DNA of 64,000 bases from Deltaproteobacteria bacterium (GTDB taxonomy: Bacteria; Desulfobacterota; Binatia; Binatales; Binataceae): positions 87,065 through 151,064 of the forward strand of contig JAKBMB010000029.1 of assembly GCA_021831785.1 (NCBI GenBank), read 5' to 3'. Below the pieces are notes generated by a model. It was not told the origin of the DNA. It was given only the letters and a program-made list of their open reading frames with translations, and made no database searches. The position numbers and the translations under genes are program-made. Shown here piece after piece: positions 39,112-49,248 of this stretch; within the stretch, counting starts at the first letter, position 1; the number at the start of each line of letters is the position of its first letter.

Positions 39112-39849
39112 ATGAAGGTTTCCGAATTGATGACTCACGAGGTTTTGTACTGCCGCGAAGAGCTTAGCGCTAACGCAGCGGCGCAAGTGATGTGGGAGAA
39201 CAACTGCGGCTCGGTTCCAATCGTCGGCGACGACCTAAAGCTTATAGGCATTCTGACGGACCGCGATATCTGCATGGCGGCGTATACGCAGGGTCTGCCG
39301 TTAGGCTTAATTGGGGTGGCGAGCGCGATGGCGCGCGAGCCGATTTGCGTACACGGCGACGATGATATCGCCGTCGCACATCGACTCATGCGCGCGCATC
39401 GTATTCGCCGCCTGCTGGTGGTCGACGGTCAAGGCAAGCTGAGCGGGATGCTCGCTTTGGCTGATCTCGCGCGCGCTGCGCAAGGCCGCGAAGCGCTCGA
39501 GGCTGAGGTCGGCAAGACGCTTGCGGCAATTTCAGAGGCCGGCACGGGCAAGGCGATAGATGCCGCGCATCCTGCCGAAGCCGCGCCTGCCAGCAATAGC
39601 ACGCCGATGGCGTCGTATGATGAGGGTTTGCAAGCCGAAGGGCGCGAGGCTTTGAGCGCCGCTCCCGCTGCGGCCCGTGTCGTCGAGCAGACGAAGCCTT
39701 CGCAGCCGGAGACCTCGGCTGGCACGGGTGCGGTCGCCGAAGCGCCGTCCCTCGGCCGCTTCACGTCATCTCAGCCTCCGACACCGAGCAAGCCCGAGAG
39801 CCCAACGCCTCGTCCGCCGTCGCGCAGAAGAGGCCCTCGCCAGCGCTAA
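39112..39849 (+). CDS. CBS-pair domain protein with disordered Ala/Pro/Glu-rich C-terminal tail
   Basis: Two CBS motifs (VSELMTHEVLYC...GILTDRDI and HRLMRAHRIRRLLVVDGQGKLSGMLALADL), then about 130 aa of low complexity. Confidence 0.7.
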   Translation: MKVSELMTHEVLYCREELSANAAAQVMWENNCGSVPIVGDDLKLIGILTDRDICMAAYTQGLPLGLIGVASAMAREPICVHGDDDIAVAHRLMRAHRIRRLLVVDGQGKLSGMLALADLARAAQGREALEAEVGKTLAAISEAGTGKAIDAAHPAEAAPASNSTPMASYDEGLQAEGREALSAAPAAARVVEQTKPSQPETSAGTGAVAEAPSLGRFTSSQPPTPSKPESPTPRPPSRRRGPRQR

Positions 39850-40329
39850 GCGGCTCCTCAACCGACGGGACAAGGCCCGCCGGGCTGTGTTGCAGCGGGC
39901 TGCGCTTGCGGTACCGCAACGGCGCGAGAGCGTCCTTTGCGGGTGCGTGCCATCCTGAGATGACAGTATGACAGGCTAAAAGCTTGTCCGACGGTCAAGC
40001 TCAGAGTGCGCCTGTCACTATATCTTGCACTCCTCAGTAAGCGCTCCGTAGACGTTAAGCGGTTGACGGAGCCGCGGCTGAGGTCCGAGTTAGCAGGCGC
40101 TATCTGGAATAAGTTTTTCCACGCCGCTGATCCGAAGCGTGTTCGCGCGCCGGATCGGCGGCGGCTGCCTCTTCGCCGCGCATCTATTCCCGCCGCTCCC
40201 GCCTCGCGTTTGCCGCATGAGAATCCTTAAAAGGCGGTAAACCTGTTGTGCCGTTGTGCGCCCTTACGCCAGACCGGCGGCCAAGCACAGCAGGTCAACC
40301 CGAAGCGCGCTTCGGCGCGGCCGTCACGC

Positions 40330-41844
40330 CTAGAACTTCTTCCAGTCGCCGCTGCGCTCGAAGGCATGGGCGGCGCGATAGATTGTCGGCTCGTCGAAGT
40401 GCTTGCCGATAAGCATCAGCCCGACCGGCAAGCCGTCGGCCATTCCGCACGGTATCGACATCGCCGGATGGTGGGTCAGGTCGAAGGGCGCCGTGTTGGA
40501 GATCATTTCGAGCGCGCGCTGGATATATTCCTCGCGGCTTGCCTCAGGGCCCGGCAGCGGTGTTGCTTTGAGCGGAAGAGTGGGCATGAGCAGCAGATCG
40601 CAGCGCGCCAGCTCGCGGTCGTAAGCGGCCCTGAGCCGGCGCACGAGGTTGACTGCCTTGCCGTAGTGACGCGAGCCGTAGTATTCGCGCGCGTAAGTGC
40701 CCAGCAGCAAAAAGAGTTTCGTGGTCTCGGACAGCTCGTTGGCGCGCATGCGCCAGCCGCGGTGAAAGTCCATCAGGGAGACCGAGTAGAGATCGTCCCG
40801 GCTCACCCCGTAGCCGTCGCCGTACATCATGGTCTGCGTGAGACCCTCGGTGCCGATGGGCGTCCAGATGGCCGGGCCGAGCAGATGCATGGGAATGGAA
40901 ACTTCCTCGACTCGCGCCCCCAGCTCGGCCAGCCGCCGCGCGCCGTCGCGAACCTTCTCATCGACGGCTTGCTCCGAATTAGGGTGGCCGAAGCCCTCCT
41001 TCACCACGCCGATTGTCATCCCCTTGACTCCGCCCTCGAGCGCGCGCGAGTAGGCGTGCAGCTTCGGCGCCTTGATGCGCGAGTCATAGCCGTCATCGCC
41101 CGCGATCACCTCGAGCAGCAGCGCGTTGTCCGCCACGCCGGCGGTTATCGGCCCGGTGTGGTCGAGGAAAATCTCGATCGGCATTATCCCGGTGTACGGC
41201 ACCAAGCCCCAGGTCGGCTTAAGGCCGTAGACCCCGCAAAAGGAGGAAGGAATGCGAATCGAGCCTCCCTGGTCGCAGCCGATCGCCATATCAACTTCGC
41301 CCAACGCGACCAGCACGGCGGAGCCTGAAGAGGAGCCGCCCGCGGAGTACCCCATCTTGTGCGGATTATGGACCGCGCCGGCGGCGTTGGTGTGGCTGCC
41401 GCCGGAAAGGCAAAAATACTCGCAGTGCGCCTTGCCGACGATCTCCGCGCCTTCATCCAGCATGCGCGTGACAATCGAGGCATCGAACTCCGGTACGAAG
41501 CCCTCGAGCGTCGAGGCGCCGTTCATCATCGGCACACCAGCCAACATTATATTGTCTTTAAGAACAACCCTTTTCCCCTTTAGTTTGCCGTTCGGCGCGC
41601 CCTTGACCGAGGTCTTGCGGTACCACGCGTTATGCCGGTTTTCTTCGGCACCCGGCCGATAGCCGGGAACCCGTGGATATTTTACCGGAGGCAGCTCATC
41701 CGGCATGTTGGCGACCAGGTTGTAGGCGCCGATATAGGGCGCCAAGATGCCACGAAACGACGTCAAATCGGAATCGCCCAAGGAAAGCCCGCACTGCTCG
41801 GCTATGTCGCGAAGCTGCTCTATTGTCGGTAGTGTAACGCTCAT
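40330..41844 (-). CDS. Amidase (amidase-signature family)
   Basis: AS signature GGSSSGSAVLVALG and the conserved GCDQGGSIRIPSSFCGVYGLKPT block. Confidence 0.8.
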   Translation of the reverse strand: MSVTLPTIEQLRDIAEQCGLSLGDSDLTSFRGILAPYIGAYNLVANMPDELPPVKYPRVPGYRPGAEENRHNAWYRKTSVKGAPNGKLKGKRVVLKDNIMLAGVPMMNGASTLEGFVPEFDASIVTRMLDEGAEIVGKAHCEYFCLSGGSHTNAAGAVHNPHKMGYSAGGSSSGSAVLVALGEVDMAIGCDQGGSIRIPSSFCGVYGLKPTWGLVPYTGIMPIEIFLDHTGPITAGVADNALLLEVIAGDDGYDSRIKAPKLHAYSRALEGGVKGMTIGVVKEGFGHPNSEQAVDEKVRDGARRLAELGARVEEVSIPMHLLGPAIWTPIGTEGLTQTMMYGDGYGVSRDDLYSVSLMDFHRGWRMRANELSETTKLFLLLGTYAREYYGSRHYGKAVNLVRRLRAAYDRELARCDLLLMPTLPLKATPLPGPEASREEYIQRALEMISNTAPFDLTHHPAMSIPCGMADGLPVGLMLIGKHFDEPTIYRAAHAFERSGDWKKF

Positions 41845-42087
41845 ATCCCCCTCTCCTTGTCGGGCCGAGAGAATTTCGCCGCTGCGCCTGACCCGGTAAT
41901 AGCGGCCTTCGAATTACTTACCTTGGCCGCGACCGCTCTAGGTTAGCACCAAGGCCGGCAGGCGGCCAATGATGCGCCGTTGAGCGCGCCGGCGTTTGCA
42001 CTCCGCATCAGCGCATGGCCGGGTCGAGCCCGGCGCTGGCCAATGCCAAGCAGTCGAGTACAATCAGACCAAGGGGGTGGCAGCAAG

Positions 42088-43374
42088 ATGATTGTCGAGA
42101 TAGCCTATGGCCGCGGCGTGCTTCCCGTGCGCCTGCCGGAGCGCGCCGAGGTGACGATCATTCGTAAAAAAGCCCTGGCGAAGCTGCCGGATCCTCAGGC
42201 GGCCGTTTGCCGCGCGCTTGACAACCCGATTGGCTCCGCCCCTCTCGCGCAGCTCGTCAGGGGGCGGCGCAGCGCCTGTATTTTGATCTGCGACGTGACG
42301 CGCCCGGCGCCCAACCACCTGCTTTTGCGGCCAATCCTCGATGAGCTGCTTCGAGGCGGGGTGCCGGCCGACAAAATCACCGTGCTCGTGGCCACCGGAC
42401 TTCACCGCCCCAACCTGGGTTCGGAGCTCGAGGAGCTGATCGGCGACCCTTGGGTGCTTTCAACCGTGCGCGTGGCTAATCACACGGCCCGTTGCGACGC
42501 CGACCACGTCGATCTGGGGCGCACCGCGAGCCGCGGCACGCCGGTCAAGATCGACCGCCGCTTCGTGGAGGCCGACCTGCGCATCGCGACCGGCCTGGTC
42601 GAGCCGCACTTTATGGCGGGTTACTCGGGCGGTCCGAAGGTCGTCGCGCCCGGGCTCGCGCATGCCGACACGATCCGCACCTTCCATAGCGCGCGCTTCA
42701 TGGAAGACCCGCGCGCGCGCCAGTGCAATCTCGCGCGCAACCCCCTGCGCGAGGAGCAGCTCGAGATCGTTGGCATGATAGGGGAGATTTACGGCCTCAA
42801 CGTGGTCCTCGACGAATCGCGCGCCCTATGCCAGGTCAGCTTCGGCGACGTCGTCGCGAGCCATCTGGCCGCGGTCGATTTCGTGCGCGACAGCACCGAG
42901 GTAGCCGTGGCGCGCAGGTTCAAGACGGTGGTCACCTCGGCGGCCGGCCATCCGCTGGACAAGACCTACTATCAGACAGTCAAAGGGATGGTTACGCCGA
43001 TGGACGTCCTGGAGCCCGGCGCCAACCTGATCGTCGCGTCGGCATGCTCCGAAGGCCTGGGTTCGGCGGAGTTTCGCGCGGCCCAAAGCCGGCTCCTCGA
43101 GCTCGGAGCCGAAGCGTTTCTTGAGAGCCTCAAACGCAAGGCGCTCGCCGACATCGACGAATGGCAAACCGAGATGCAGCTTAAGCCCATGCGCCGCGCC
43201 CGCATCGCGCTCTACACCCGCGGCTTGAGCGAGGAAGAGCGCCGTCTCACCGCTGTTGACCTTGCCGCCTCGGTCGAGCAGGCTGTCCAACAAAGCCTCG
43301 AGCGCACCGCCGACCGCGCGGTCGCAATTATTCCCGAAGGGCCTTACGTCGTTCCGTTCTACGCGCCCGCGTGA
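42088..43374 (+). CDS. LarA-like protein (nickel-pincer cofactor-dependent lactate racemase family, DUF2088/DUF2089)
   Basis: MIVEIAYGRGVLPVRLPE... The overall architecture and conserved His/Asp blocks (TGLHRPN, HFMAGYSGGPK) resemble LarA. Start taken at the ATG after aggggg (42088). Confidence 0.65.
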   Translation: MIVEIAYGRGVLPVRLPERAEVTIIRKKALAKLPDPQAAVCRALDNPIGSAPLAQLVRGRRSACILICDVTRPAPNHLLLRPILDELLRGGVPADKITVLVATGLHRPNLGSELEELIGDPWVLSTVRVANHTARCDADHVDLGRTASRGTPVKIDRRFVEADLRIATGLVEPHFMAGYSGGPKVVAPGLAHADTIRTFHSARFMEDPRARQCNLARNPLREEQLEIVGMIGEIYGLNVVLDESRALCQVSFGDVVASHLAAVDFVRDSTEVAVARRFKTVVTSAAGHPLDKTYYQTVKGMVTPMDVLEPGANLIVASACSEGLGSAEFRAAQSRLLELGAEAFLESLKRKALADIDEWQTEMQLKPMRRARIALYTRGLSEEERRLTAVDLAASVEQAVQQSLERTADRAVAIIPEGPYVVPFYAPA

Positions 43375-43417
43375 GCTCTGCGTGTCCGGTCCGCGCTGGA
43401 TTGCCGCTTGCAACGCG

Positions 43418-44440
43418 CTAGTAAAACTCGGCCTTAAGCTCTCGCTGCAGCAGAACCTCGGCCATCGCGGCCGGCGCTTGATGTTCGTAAAGGCAACTGA
43501 AGACCGCGTTGACGATCGGCATCTCAATTTCGGATGCATCGGCCAACGCCTTGACCCCTCGGACGGTGGTGACACCCTCGGCTATCGGGCCGCTTGCGCG
43601 CGCGAGCTCTTGGCGGGCGTGTCTTTCATCCTGAGCCAAACGAATCCCGCAGGCGCGGTTGCGCGAAAGTTCGCCGGTGCAGGTCAGCACCAAATCTCCC
43701 AGACCGGACAGACCGGCCAGGGTCTGCGGCTGTGCGCCCAGCGCGACGCCCAGCCTGGTGATCTCGGCCAGCCCGCGCGTAATCAACGCCGCGCGCGCGC
43801 TTAGGCCAAGCTTTAAGCCGTCGCATATGCCGGCCGCGATTGCGATGACATTCTTGACCGCTCCGCCGAGCTCGACCCCGATCACGTCGGCGCTGCGATA
43901 AAGCCGCAGCCGGCCAACTGCGAGCAAGCGCTGCACGCTGCGCGCCGTCGGTTCGTCCTGCGCGGCGACGACCAGCGCTGCCGGCAAGCCTTGCGCAACC
44001 TCCAGCGCGAAGCCGGGACCGGAAAGGGCGAGCACCTGGGCGTCGGCGGGCGCGAACTCAGCCATCATTCGGGTCATCGTCTTGGCCGAGCCCTCTTCGA
44101 TTCCTTTTACCGCGCTGACCAGGGTCACTCCTGGTCCGAGCGCGCCCGCAACGCCGCTAATCGCTCGGCGCGCGAAGCGCGACGGGACGGCGAGGATCAC
44201 GACGCTGCTTGACGCCGCGGCCGCCTCCCATTGGTCCGTTAGCTCAAGTGCCGGCGTTAGTTTAATGCCGGGCAGATAGGAGACATTTTCGCCAGCCGCG
44301 CGCAGCGTCGCGAGCTGCTCGGAGCGGCGCACGCCGAGCGTCACGCGCCGGCCATGGCGCGCCAGTGTCAGCGCCAGCGCGGTGCCCCACGCGCCGGCGC
44401 CCAGGACAACGATTCTCGGCTCGACGTGCGATTCGGTCAT
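43418..44440 (-). CDS. gpsA: Glycerol-3-phosphate dehydrogenase [NAD(P)+]
   Basis: RIVVLGAGAWGTALALTLARHG Rossmann motif and the GpsA core blocks. Confidence 0.9.
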   Translation of the reverse strand: MTESHVEPRIVVLGAGAWGTALALTLARHGRRVTLGVRRSEQLATLRAAGENVSYLPGIKLTPALELTDQWEAAAASSSVVILAVPSRFARRAISGVAGALGPGVTLVSAVKGIEEGSAKTMTRMMAEFAPADAQVLALSGPGFALEVAQGLPAALVVAAQDEPTARSVQRLLAVGRLRLYRSADVIGVELGGAVKNVIAIAAGICDGLKLGLSARAALITRGLAEITRLGVALGAQPQTLAGLSGLGDLVLTCTGELSRNRACGIRLAQDERHARQELARASGPIAEGVTTVRGVKALADASEIEMPIVNAVFSCLYEHQAPAAMAEVLLQRELKAEFY

Positions 44441-44532
44441 GTTCCCAGCCGTGAAGCTTCGACCCTGCGGCGCTGCGATGGCCCGGGAGAATAGTTAGGA
44501 GGTCGGCTCGAGGTATCGATCGAAAAATTGAC

Positions 44533-45150
44533 CTAAGCGGCCCGGCAGAGCTCATACAGCGGCTTCAGCTCGCGGTACGCGTCAAGCAAATCGGCGCGAT
44601 CGAGCGTGACAGCCTCGCGCGCCGGCCATCCGAAGCCCACGTCCAATACGCCGCTTTTCTTGCCGACAAGGTCCGCCGCCTCCTGCCAGAACCGCTCGCC
44701 GGCGATACCGTCGCGCGGCAGGTCCTTGCAGTCCCATTGATCGTACCGAGCAAGCGGCGCGCCGGCGAACAAGCGGGCCAGTGTGCGCGCGCGCTGCCTG
44801 AGGAGCTGCGCTATCTGCGGGCGCCGGTCGGCCTCGGTTTTGACCACCATCCGCGCATGCGCTCCCGCGGCCGAGACGCAAAGCGCCAGGTATCCGTATC
44901 GCTTGTATCCTTTGGCCGAGGGGCCGAAGGCGCACCAGGTCTCCGGCGGCGGATTCACCGTGCGTCGGGCGTGCTTGGCCACGTGCGGGAAAAGCTCCAG
45001 GCCGAGCTTGCTCGCCAGTTCGGGCGCAAGCTGACGGCCGATCCTGACTAGCTTGGGCCGTACCTGCTCCTGGATCATCGCCATACGGTCGGCGAATCCG
45101 CCGATCGTAAACACTTCGAAGTCTGGCCCTGTCAAGCCCAGTTTGTCCAT
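44533..45150 (-). CDS. DUF1054 / UPF0637 (YktB-like) protein
   Basis: Strong collinear match to B. subtilis YktB: FEVFTIGGFADRMAMIQEQVRPKL...FPHVAKHARRTVNPPPETWCAF. Confidence 0.7.
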   Translation of the reverse strand: MDKLGLTGPDFEVFTIGGFADRMAMIQEQVRPKLVRIGRQLAPELASKLGLELFPHVAKHARRTVNPPPETWCAFGPSAKGYKRYGYLALCVSAAGAHARMVVKTEADRRPQIAQLLRQRARTLARLFAGAPLARYDQWDCKDLPRDGIAGERFWQEAADLVGKKSGVLDVGFGWPAREAVTLDRADLLDAYRELKPLYELCRAA

Positions 45151-45300
45151 GACGCGTCCTCCGCACGCTCACGCGCCCTTGGCCGCCGCCGCGCAATCGC
45201 CGCCTGCTATGCGCGTCGTGCTATGCGTCGAGGTTCTCAGCCGCGACTCAGGCAGGCGGCGCGGACGCCGCGCGCGCATTGTTCGTCGATTCCGCGTGCG

Positions 45301-46434
45301 TCAACTATTGAGCGAGCCGACGATGCCGTAAAAGAACACGCTCAGCGACTTTTCCTGGGGGTCGTCGGTGGTGATTAGCAGCCGGCCGCGCACTTGCCCC
45401 TGCGGAGCCCCACGGCTCAGCTCGATGGTAATCTTGTACTCCTTGCCCGGCTTGGTTTCTTCGGCTTTGGCGGCCACGCTCGGGCTCGAGCTGCTGACGC
45501 TCAACACCTTGAGCGGTCTTTGCCCGGAATTGGTGAGTCTCAGAATCCTCGCTGCCCCTCGCCCGCGCGGTACGATGCCGAACGAAACCTGCGGCGGCTC
45601 CGCGCTGAGGTCGCCTGCGATCCGTCCGAAAACCGGCAGGGCGACCTTCTTTTGGTTAGTCACTAACTGCACCGAGTCGTAAAACGGCCCGGTTGGCATC
45701 CCCTTGAGCAGGCTCACCTCGATTACTTGGCCGGTGCCGCCGTCCTTAGCCGGTGCGGCGGTAACTTTGATGTTCGGGCTGGCGTTGGAAATGCTCTGGA
45801 GCTTGAACGGCCCTTCGCCGGTGTATACCAGTTTCACTTGGCGGGTCTGCTCGGTTGCGCGGCGCACGGTGCCGAAGTTTACTTCCGACGGAAGCGCTTC
45901 GAGCACGACCTTGATTTCGCCCTCCATAGTCAGGATGGCGGCCGGGTTTGCCGGGTCGTTAGTATAAACCGTGATCATTCGCGAGCGATGGCCCTTCTCG
46001 AAGCGGGTATCGAAAGTCACCGCCAAATCGGCGCTCTCGCCCGGCGCGAGCTTAGCCTTGGTTGGCTTCGCCGCGGTGCATCCGCAGGACGTATGCACCG
46101 CCTTGATAAGCAAGTCGCCGCGCCCCGCGTTTCGGATGGTGAAGACGTGCTGGACTAACGTCCCTTCGAGCGCCGTACCGAAGTCATATACCGGCGCCGC
46201 CAGCTCGATTCTTGGCGCCGTCGCCGCCGGCGCCTTGGAAACGGCGGGATTTGCACCCGCGGCGGACGTTGATCCGGCGCCGCCGTCCGCGCGCAGATCG
46301 CCCGCCAGCAGTGCCGCCATCGCGCCCAGAAGCATCGCCGTCAGGCCATGTTTGAATTTACGTCGCGACAGCACTCTTCGTCCCGAGCAAAAACACCGGC
46401 CGGCCCGACCGGCGCGCGTGCAACGCAGAGCCAA
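45301..46434 (-). CDS. Secreted protein with three DUF1573 (Ig-like, HxxCGC) repeats
   Basis: Signal peptide (MLLGAMAALLAG), then a repeated FGTxxxG...NxGxxxLxIxxVxxSCGCT module. The true start may be the internal Met at 46335. Confidence 0.55.
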   Translation of the reverse strand: MALRCTRAGRAGRCFCSGRRVLSRRKFKHGLTAMLLGAMAALLAGDLRADGGAGSTSAAGANPAVSKAPAATAPRIELAAPVYDFGTALEGTLVQHVFTIRNAGRGDLLIKAVHTSCGCTAAKPTKAKLAPGESADLAVTFDTRFEKGHRSRMITVYTNDPANPAAILTMEGEIKVVLEALPSEVNFGTVRRATEQTRQVKLVYTGEGPFKLQSISNASPNIKVTAAPAKDGGTGQVIEVSLLKGMPTGPFYDSVQLVTNQKKVALPVFGRIAGDLSAEPPQVSFGIVPRGRGAARILRLTNSGQRPLKVLSVSSSSPSVAAKAEETKPGKEYKITIELSRGAPQGQVRGRLLITTDDPQEKSLSVFFYGIVGSLNS

Positions 46435-46474
46435 CCGCGGGCGCTAAATTCGCGCGCCGCGCTGCAAAGCGCGG

Positions 46475-47863
46475 TCAACCGGCTTGGCGGACCTGTCCCA
46501 CGTCTTCGCGGGTTTCAAATCGCCGCAGAAAATCCGTATAAACCAGCCCGTGTTGAAAGTCGGGTTCCTCCAGAATCTTAAGATGCAGCGGGATGTTGGT
46601 TTTGATTCCGTCGATCACATACTCGCGCAGGGCCGCGCGGGCGCGCGCGATCGCCGCCGCGCGGTCCTCGCCGTGCACGATAAGCTTGGCGACCAGCGGG
46701 TCGTAATGCATCGGCACCTGGTAGCCGTCGTAGAGCGCGGTTTCAACCCTGACGCCGAGACCGCCGGGCGGATGATGGTTAGACACGACGCCGGGTGACG
46801 GCAGATGTGTTTGCGGGTCCTCGGCATAGACACGCCACTCGATCGCCGCGCCGCTGAGCGGTATCTCGCGCGGCTTTAGCCACAGCCGTTCGCCCAAGGC
46901 CAGGCGCAGGCTCGCCTTGACCAGGTCGACGCCGGTGACCATTTCGGTAACGCCGTGCTCGACCTGAATCCGCGTGTTCATCTCGATAAAGTAAAAATCG
47001 CCGGTTTCGCCCAGCAGAAACTCCACCGTGCCGACGTTGGAATATCCCACCACTTGCGCGGCGCGCACCGCCGCGCGCCCCATCTTTTGGCGCAGGCGCG
47101 CGCTGAGCACCGGGCACGGCGCTTCCTCGACGAGCTTCTGATGGCGGCGTTGAATCGAGCAATCGCGCTCGCCCAGATGGACCACCTGCCGATAGTTGTC
47201 CGCCAGGATCTGGAACTCCACATGGCGAGCCTTCTCGATATATTTTTCCAGGTACATCTTGGTCGAGCCGAAGGCCGCTTCGCTCTCGGCTTGGGCGAGC
47301 GGGAAAAGCCGCGCCAGTTGGCGGGAGTCGTGCGCCACCCGCATTCCTTTACCGCCGCCGCCGGCCGCGGCCTTGATCAACACCGGGTATCCGACTTTAC
47401 GCGCCTGTTCGTCGGCGGTCTTGAATTCGGTGATGCCGGTGCCCTCGCTGCCCGGCAGCACGGACACGCCGTGCCGCTTCATAATGCGCAACGCCCGCGG
47501 CTTGTCGCCCATCAAGCGGATATGGCGCGCGCGCGGCCCCACGAACTGCAACCCCGAACGCTGGCAAGCCTCGGCAAAGTCGCCGTTCTCGGACAGGAAG
47601 CCGTAGCCCGGGTGGACCGCCTCAGCGCCGTAGGCGGTGGCCGCGCTGATAATCGATGAGATGCTGAGATAGCTATGCTCAGCCGCAGGCGGTCCGATAC
47701 AGACTGCCTCATCAGCCATCCGTGCGTGCAAAGCGCGCCGGTCGACAGTCGAATAGACCGCCACGGTTTTGATCCCCAATTCCCGGCACGCGCGGATTAT
47801 CCGGATTGCGATCGTACCTCGGTTGGCTACTAGGAGCTTCTTAAACACGGTCTCTGCCGACAT
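46475..47863 (-). CDS. accC: Acetyl-CoA carboxylase biotin carboxylase subunit
   Basis: KLLVANRGTIAIRIIRACRELGIKTVAVYS and the ATP-grasp core. accB-accC synteny. Confidence 0.9.
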   Translation of the reverse strand: MSAETVFKKLLVANRGTIAIRIIRACRELGIKTVAVYSTVDRRALHARMADEAVCIGPPAAEHSYLSISSIISAATAYGAEAVHPGYGFLSENGDFAEACQRSGLQFVGPRARHIRLMGDKPRALRIMKRHGVSVLPGSEGTGITEFKTADEQARKVGYPVLIKAAAGGGGKGMRVAHDSRQLARLFPLAQAESEAAFGSTKMYLEKYIEKARHVEFQILADNYRQVVHLGERDCSIQRRHQKLVEEAPCPVLSARLRQKMGRAAVRAAQVVGYSNVGTVEFLLGETGDFYFIEMNTRIQVEHGVTEMVTGVDLVKASLRLALGERLWLKPREIPLSGAAIEWRVYAEDPQTHLPSPGVVSNHHPPGGLGVRVETALYDGYQVPMHYDPLVAKLIVHGEDRAAAIARARAALREYVIDGIKTNIPLHLKILEEPDFQHGLVYTDFLRRFETREDVGQVRQAG

Positions 47864-47888
47864 CGCCTAAGCCGTTTATTCTAACGGA

Positions 47889-48356
47889 TCACTGAACCTC
47901 TAGCACTATCAACGGCTGCCCATATTCGACCGGTTGGGCGTTTTCGCAGAGGATTTTGGCCACCTTTCCGGCAACTTCCGCCACGATCTCGTTCATCATC
48001 TTCATCGCCTCAATGATGCACAGGGCCTGGCCCTTGTGCGCAAGGTCGCCTTCCTCGACAAAGGGCGCCGCGTCGGGCGACGGCGCGCGGTAGAACGTGC
48101 CGACCATCGGACTGCGCACCAAGACCTGTCCCGCAGCCAATTCGGGCTCCTGACCGGGGCTGTCCACGGTGGATGCGGCCAGCGTTTGCACCGGGACCGG
48201 TTTGGCCGCGCCGACCCGGCCCGAAACCTCGCCGGCGATGCTGGCGCTCGGCGAACGCACCAGTCGGACGCGGCCTTTCTGGTCCTGTATCTCGAGTTCG
48301 ACCAGACCGCTCTTGCGCATCAGAGCGACCAGCGCTCTTAGTTCGCTAAGGTCCAT
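47889..48356 (-). CDS. accB: Biotin carboxyl carrier protein
   Basis: Biotinylation motif [12 protein letters not shown] in the C-terminal lipoyl-like domain. Pro/Ala-rich linker. Confidence 0.9.
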   Translation of the reverse strand: MDLSELRALVALMRKSGLVELEIQDQKGRVRLVRSPSASIAGEVSGRVGAAKPVPVQTLAASTVDSPGQEPELAAGQVLVRSPMVGTFYRAPSPDAAPFVEEGDLAHKGQALCIIEAMKMMNEIVAEVAGKVAKILCENAQPVEYGQPLIVLEVQ

Positions 48357-48371
48357 CTTGCCTCTTTATCC

Positions 48372-48884
48372 TCAAGCGGCCGCATCGTGGTCGGTCAGAA
48401 TCGCCGCCGCCGCGCGCATCGCCAGCATGTAGCTTTCAGCGCCAAATCCCATTATCCGGCCATGGGCGATGTCGGCGATAACCGAGCGGCGGCGAACCGG
48501 CTCCCGCCGATAGACGTTAGTAAGATGAACTTCGATGACCGGTACGGCCGCGGCCAAAAGCGCGTCGCGAATTGCCATCCCATACGCGGTGTAACCGGCC
48601 GGATTGATAATAATGAGCTTGGCGCGTCCCCGGCAGGCCTGGATTTGGTCGACGATCTCGCCTTCGCCGTTGGCCTGAAAGGTCTCCACTTCAAGGCCGA
48701 GCTCGCGTCCCAGCACGCGCACGCGATTATTGATTTCATGCAGCGTGACTCGTCCGTAAATCTCAGGTTCGCGTTCGCCGAGGAGATTGAGATTCGGCCC
48801 GTGGACGACCAAGACGATTTTTTCGCCGCCCGAGCCTTTCTCGGCCAGATCGGCTTTTGGTGTCGTTTCCATGTCGGCTTTCAC
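48372..48884 (-). CDS. aroQ: 3-dehydroquinate dehydratase, type II
   Basis: VVHGPNLNLLGEREPEIYG...IIINPAGYTAYGMAIRDAL...IEVHLTNVYRRE match the type II DHQase consensus. Confidence 0.9.
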   Translation of the reverse strand: MKADMETTPKADLAEKGSGGEKIVLVVHGPNLNLLGEREPEIYGRVTLHEINNRVRVLGRELGLEVETFQANGEGEIVDQIQACRGRAKLIIINPAGYTAYGMAIRDALLAAAVPVIEVHLTNVYRREPVRRRSVIADIAHGRIMGFGAESYMLAMRAAAAILTDHDAAA

Positions 48885-49248
48885 ACTCGCTCCTTATCGG
48901 CGTGGTCCGCCGATGGTCAGGCGCCTGCACACAACGCGGCATTGAAGCCCAGGCTTGCGCGGGTTGCAAGCCGTGGCTGCGGCTATTCATTATTTATCGC
49001 CTGGGATGCGTCCGGCGACGCGCCGCCGCGGCTGTCATCGCTGCGTTTGCCTGGATTTGGTGGTAGGCTGCTGTCATTGAGCGCTCAGGCGCGAGCGGGC
49101 TTCGCGGTGAAGGCGCCGGCGCGCCGCCATCACCCATCGAGCGCGGCGCGGCCGCGATAATACTGCGATAATACAACAAAGCGCGCTTCGGCGGCCGAGG
49201 GGTTCGCAGGGGCCCTGGGCGCATGCACCTGGAAAGGAATGACACCGA

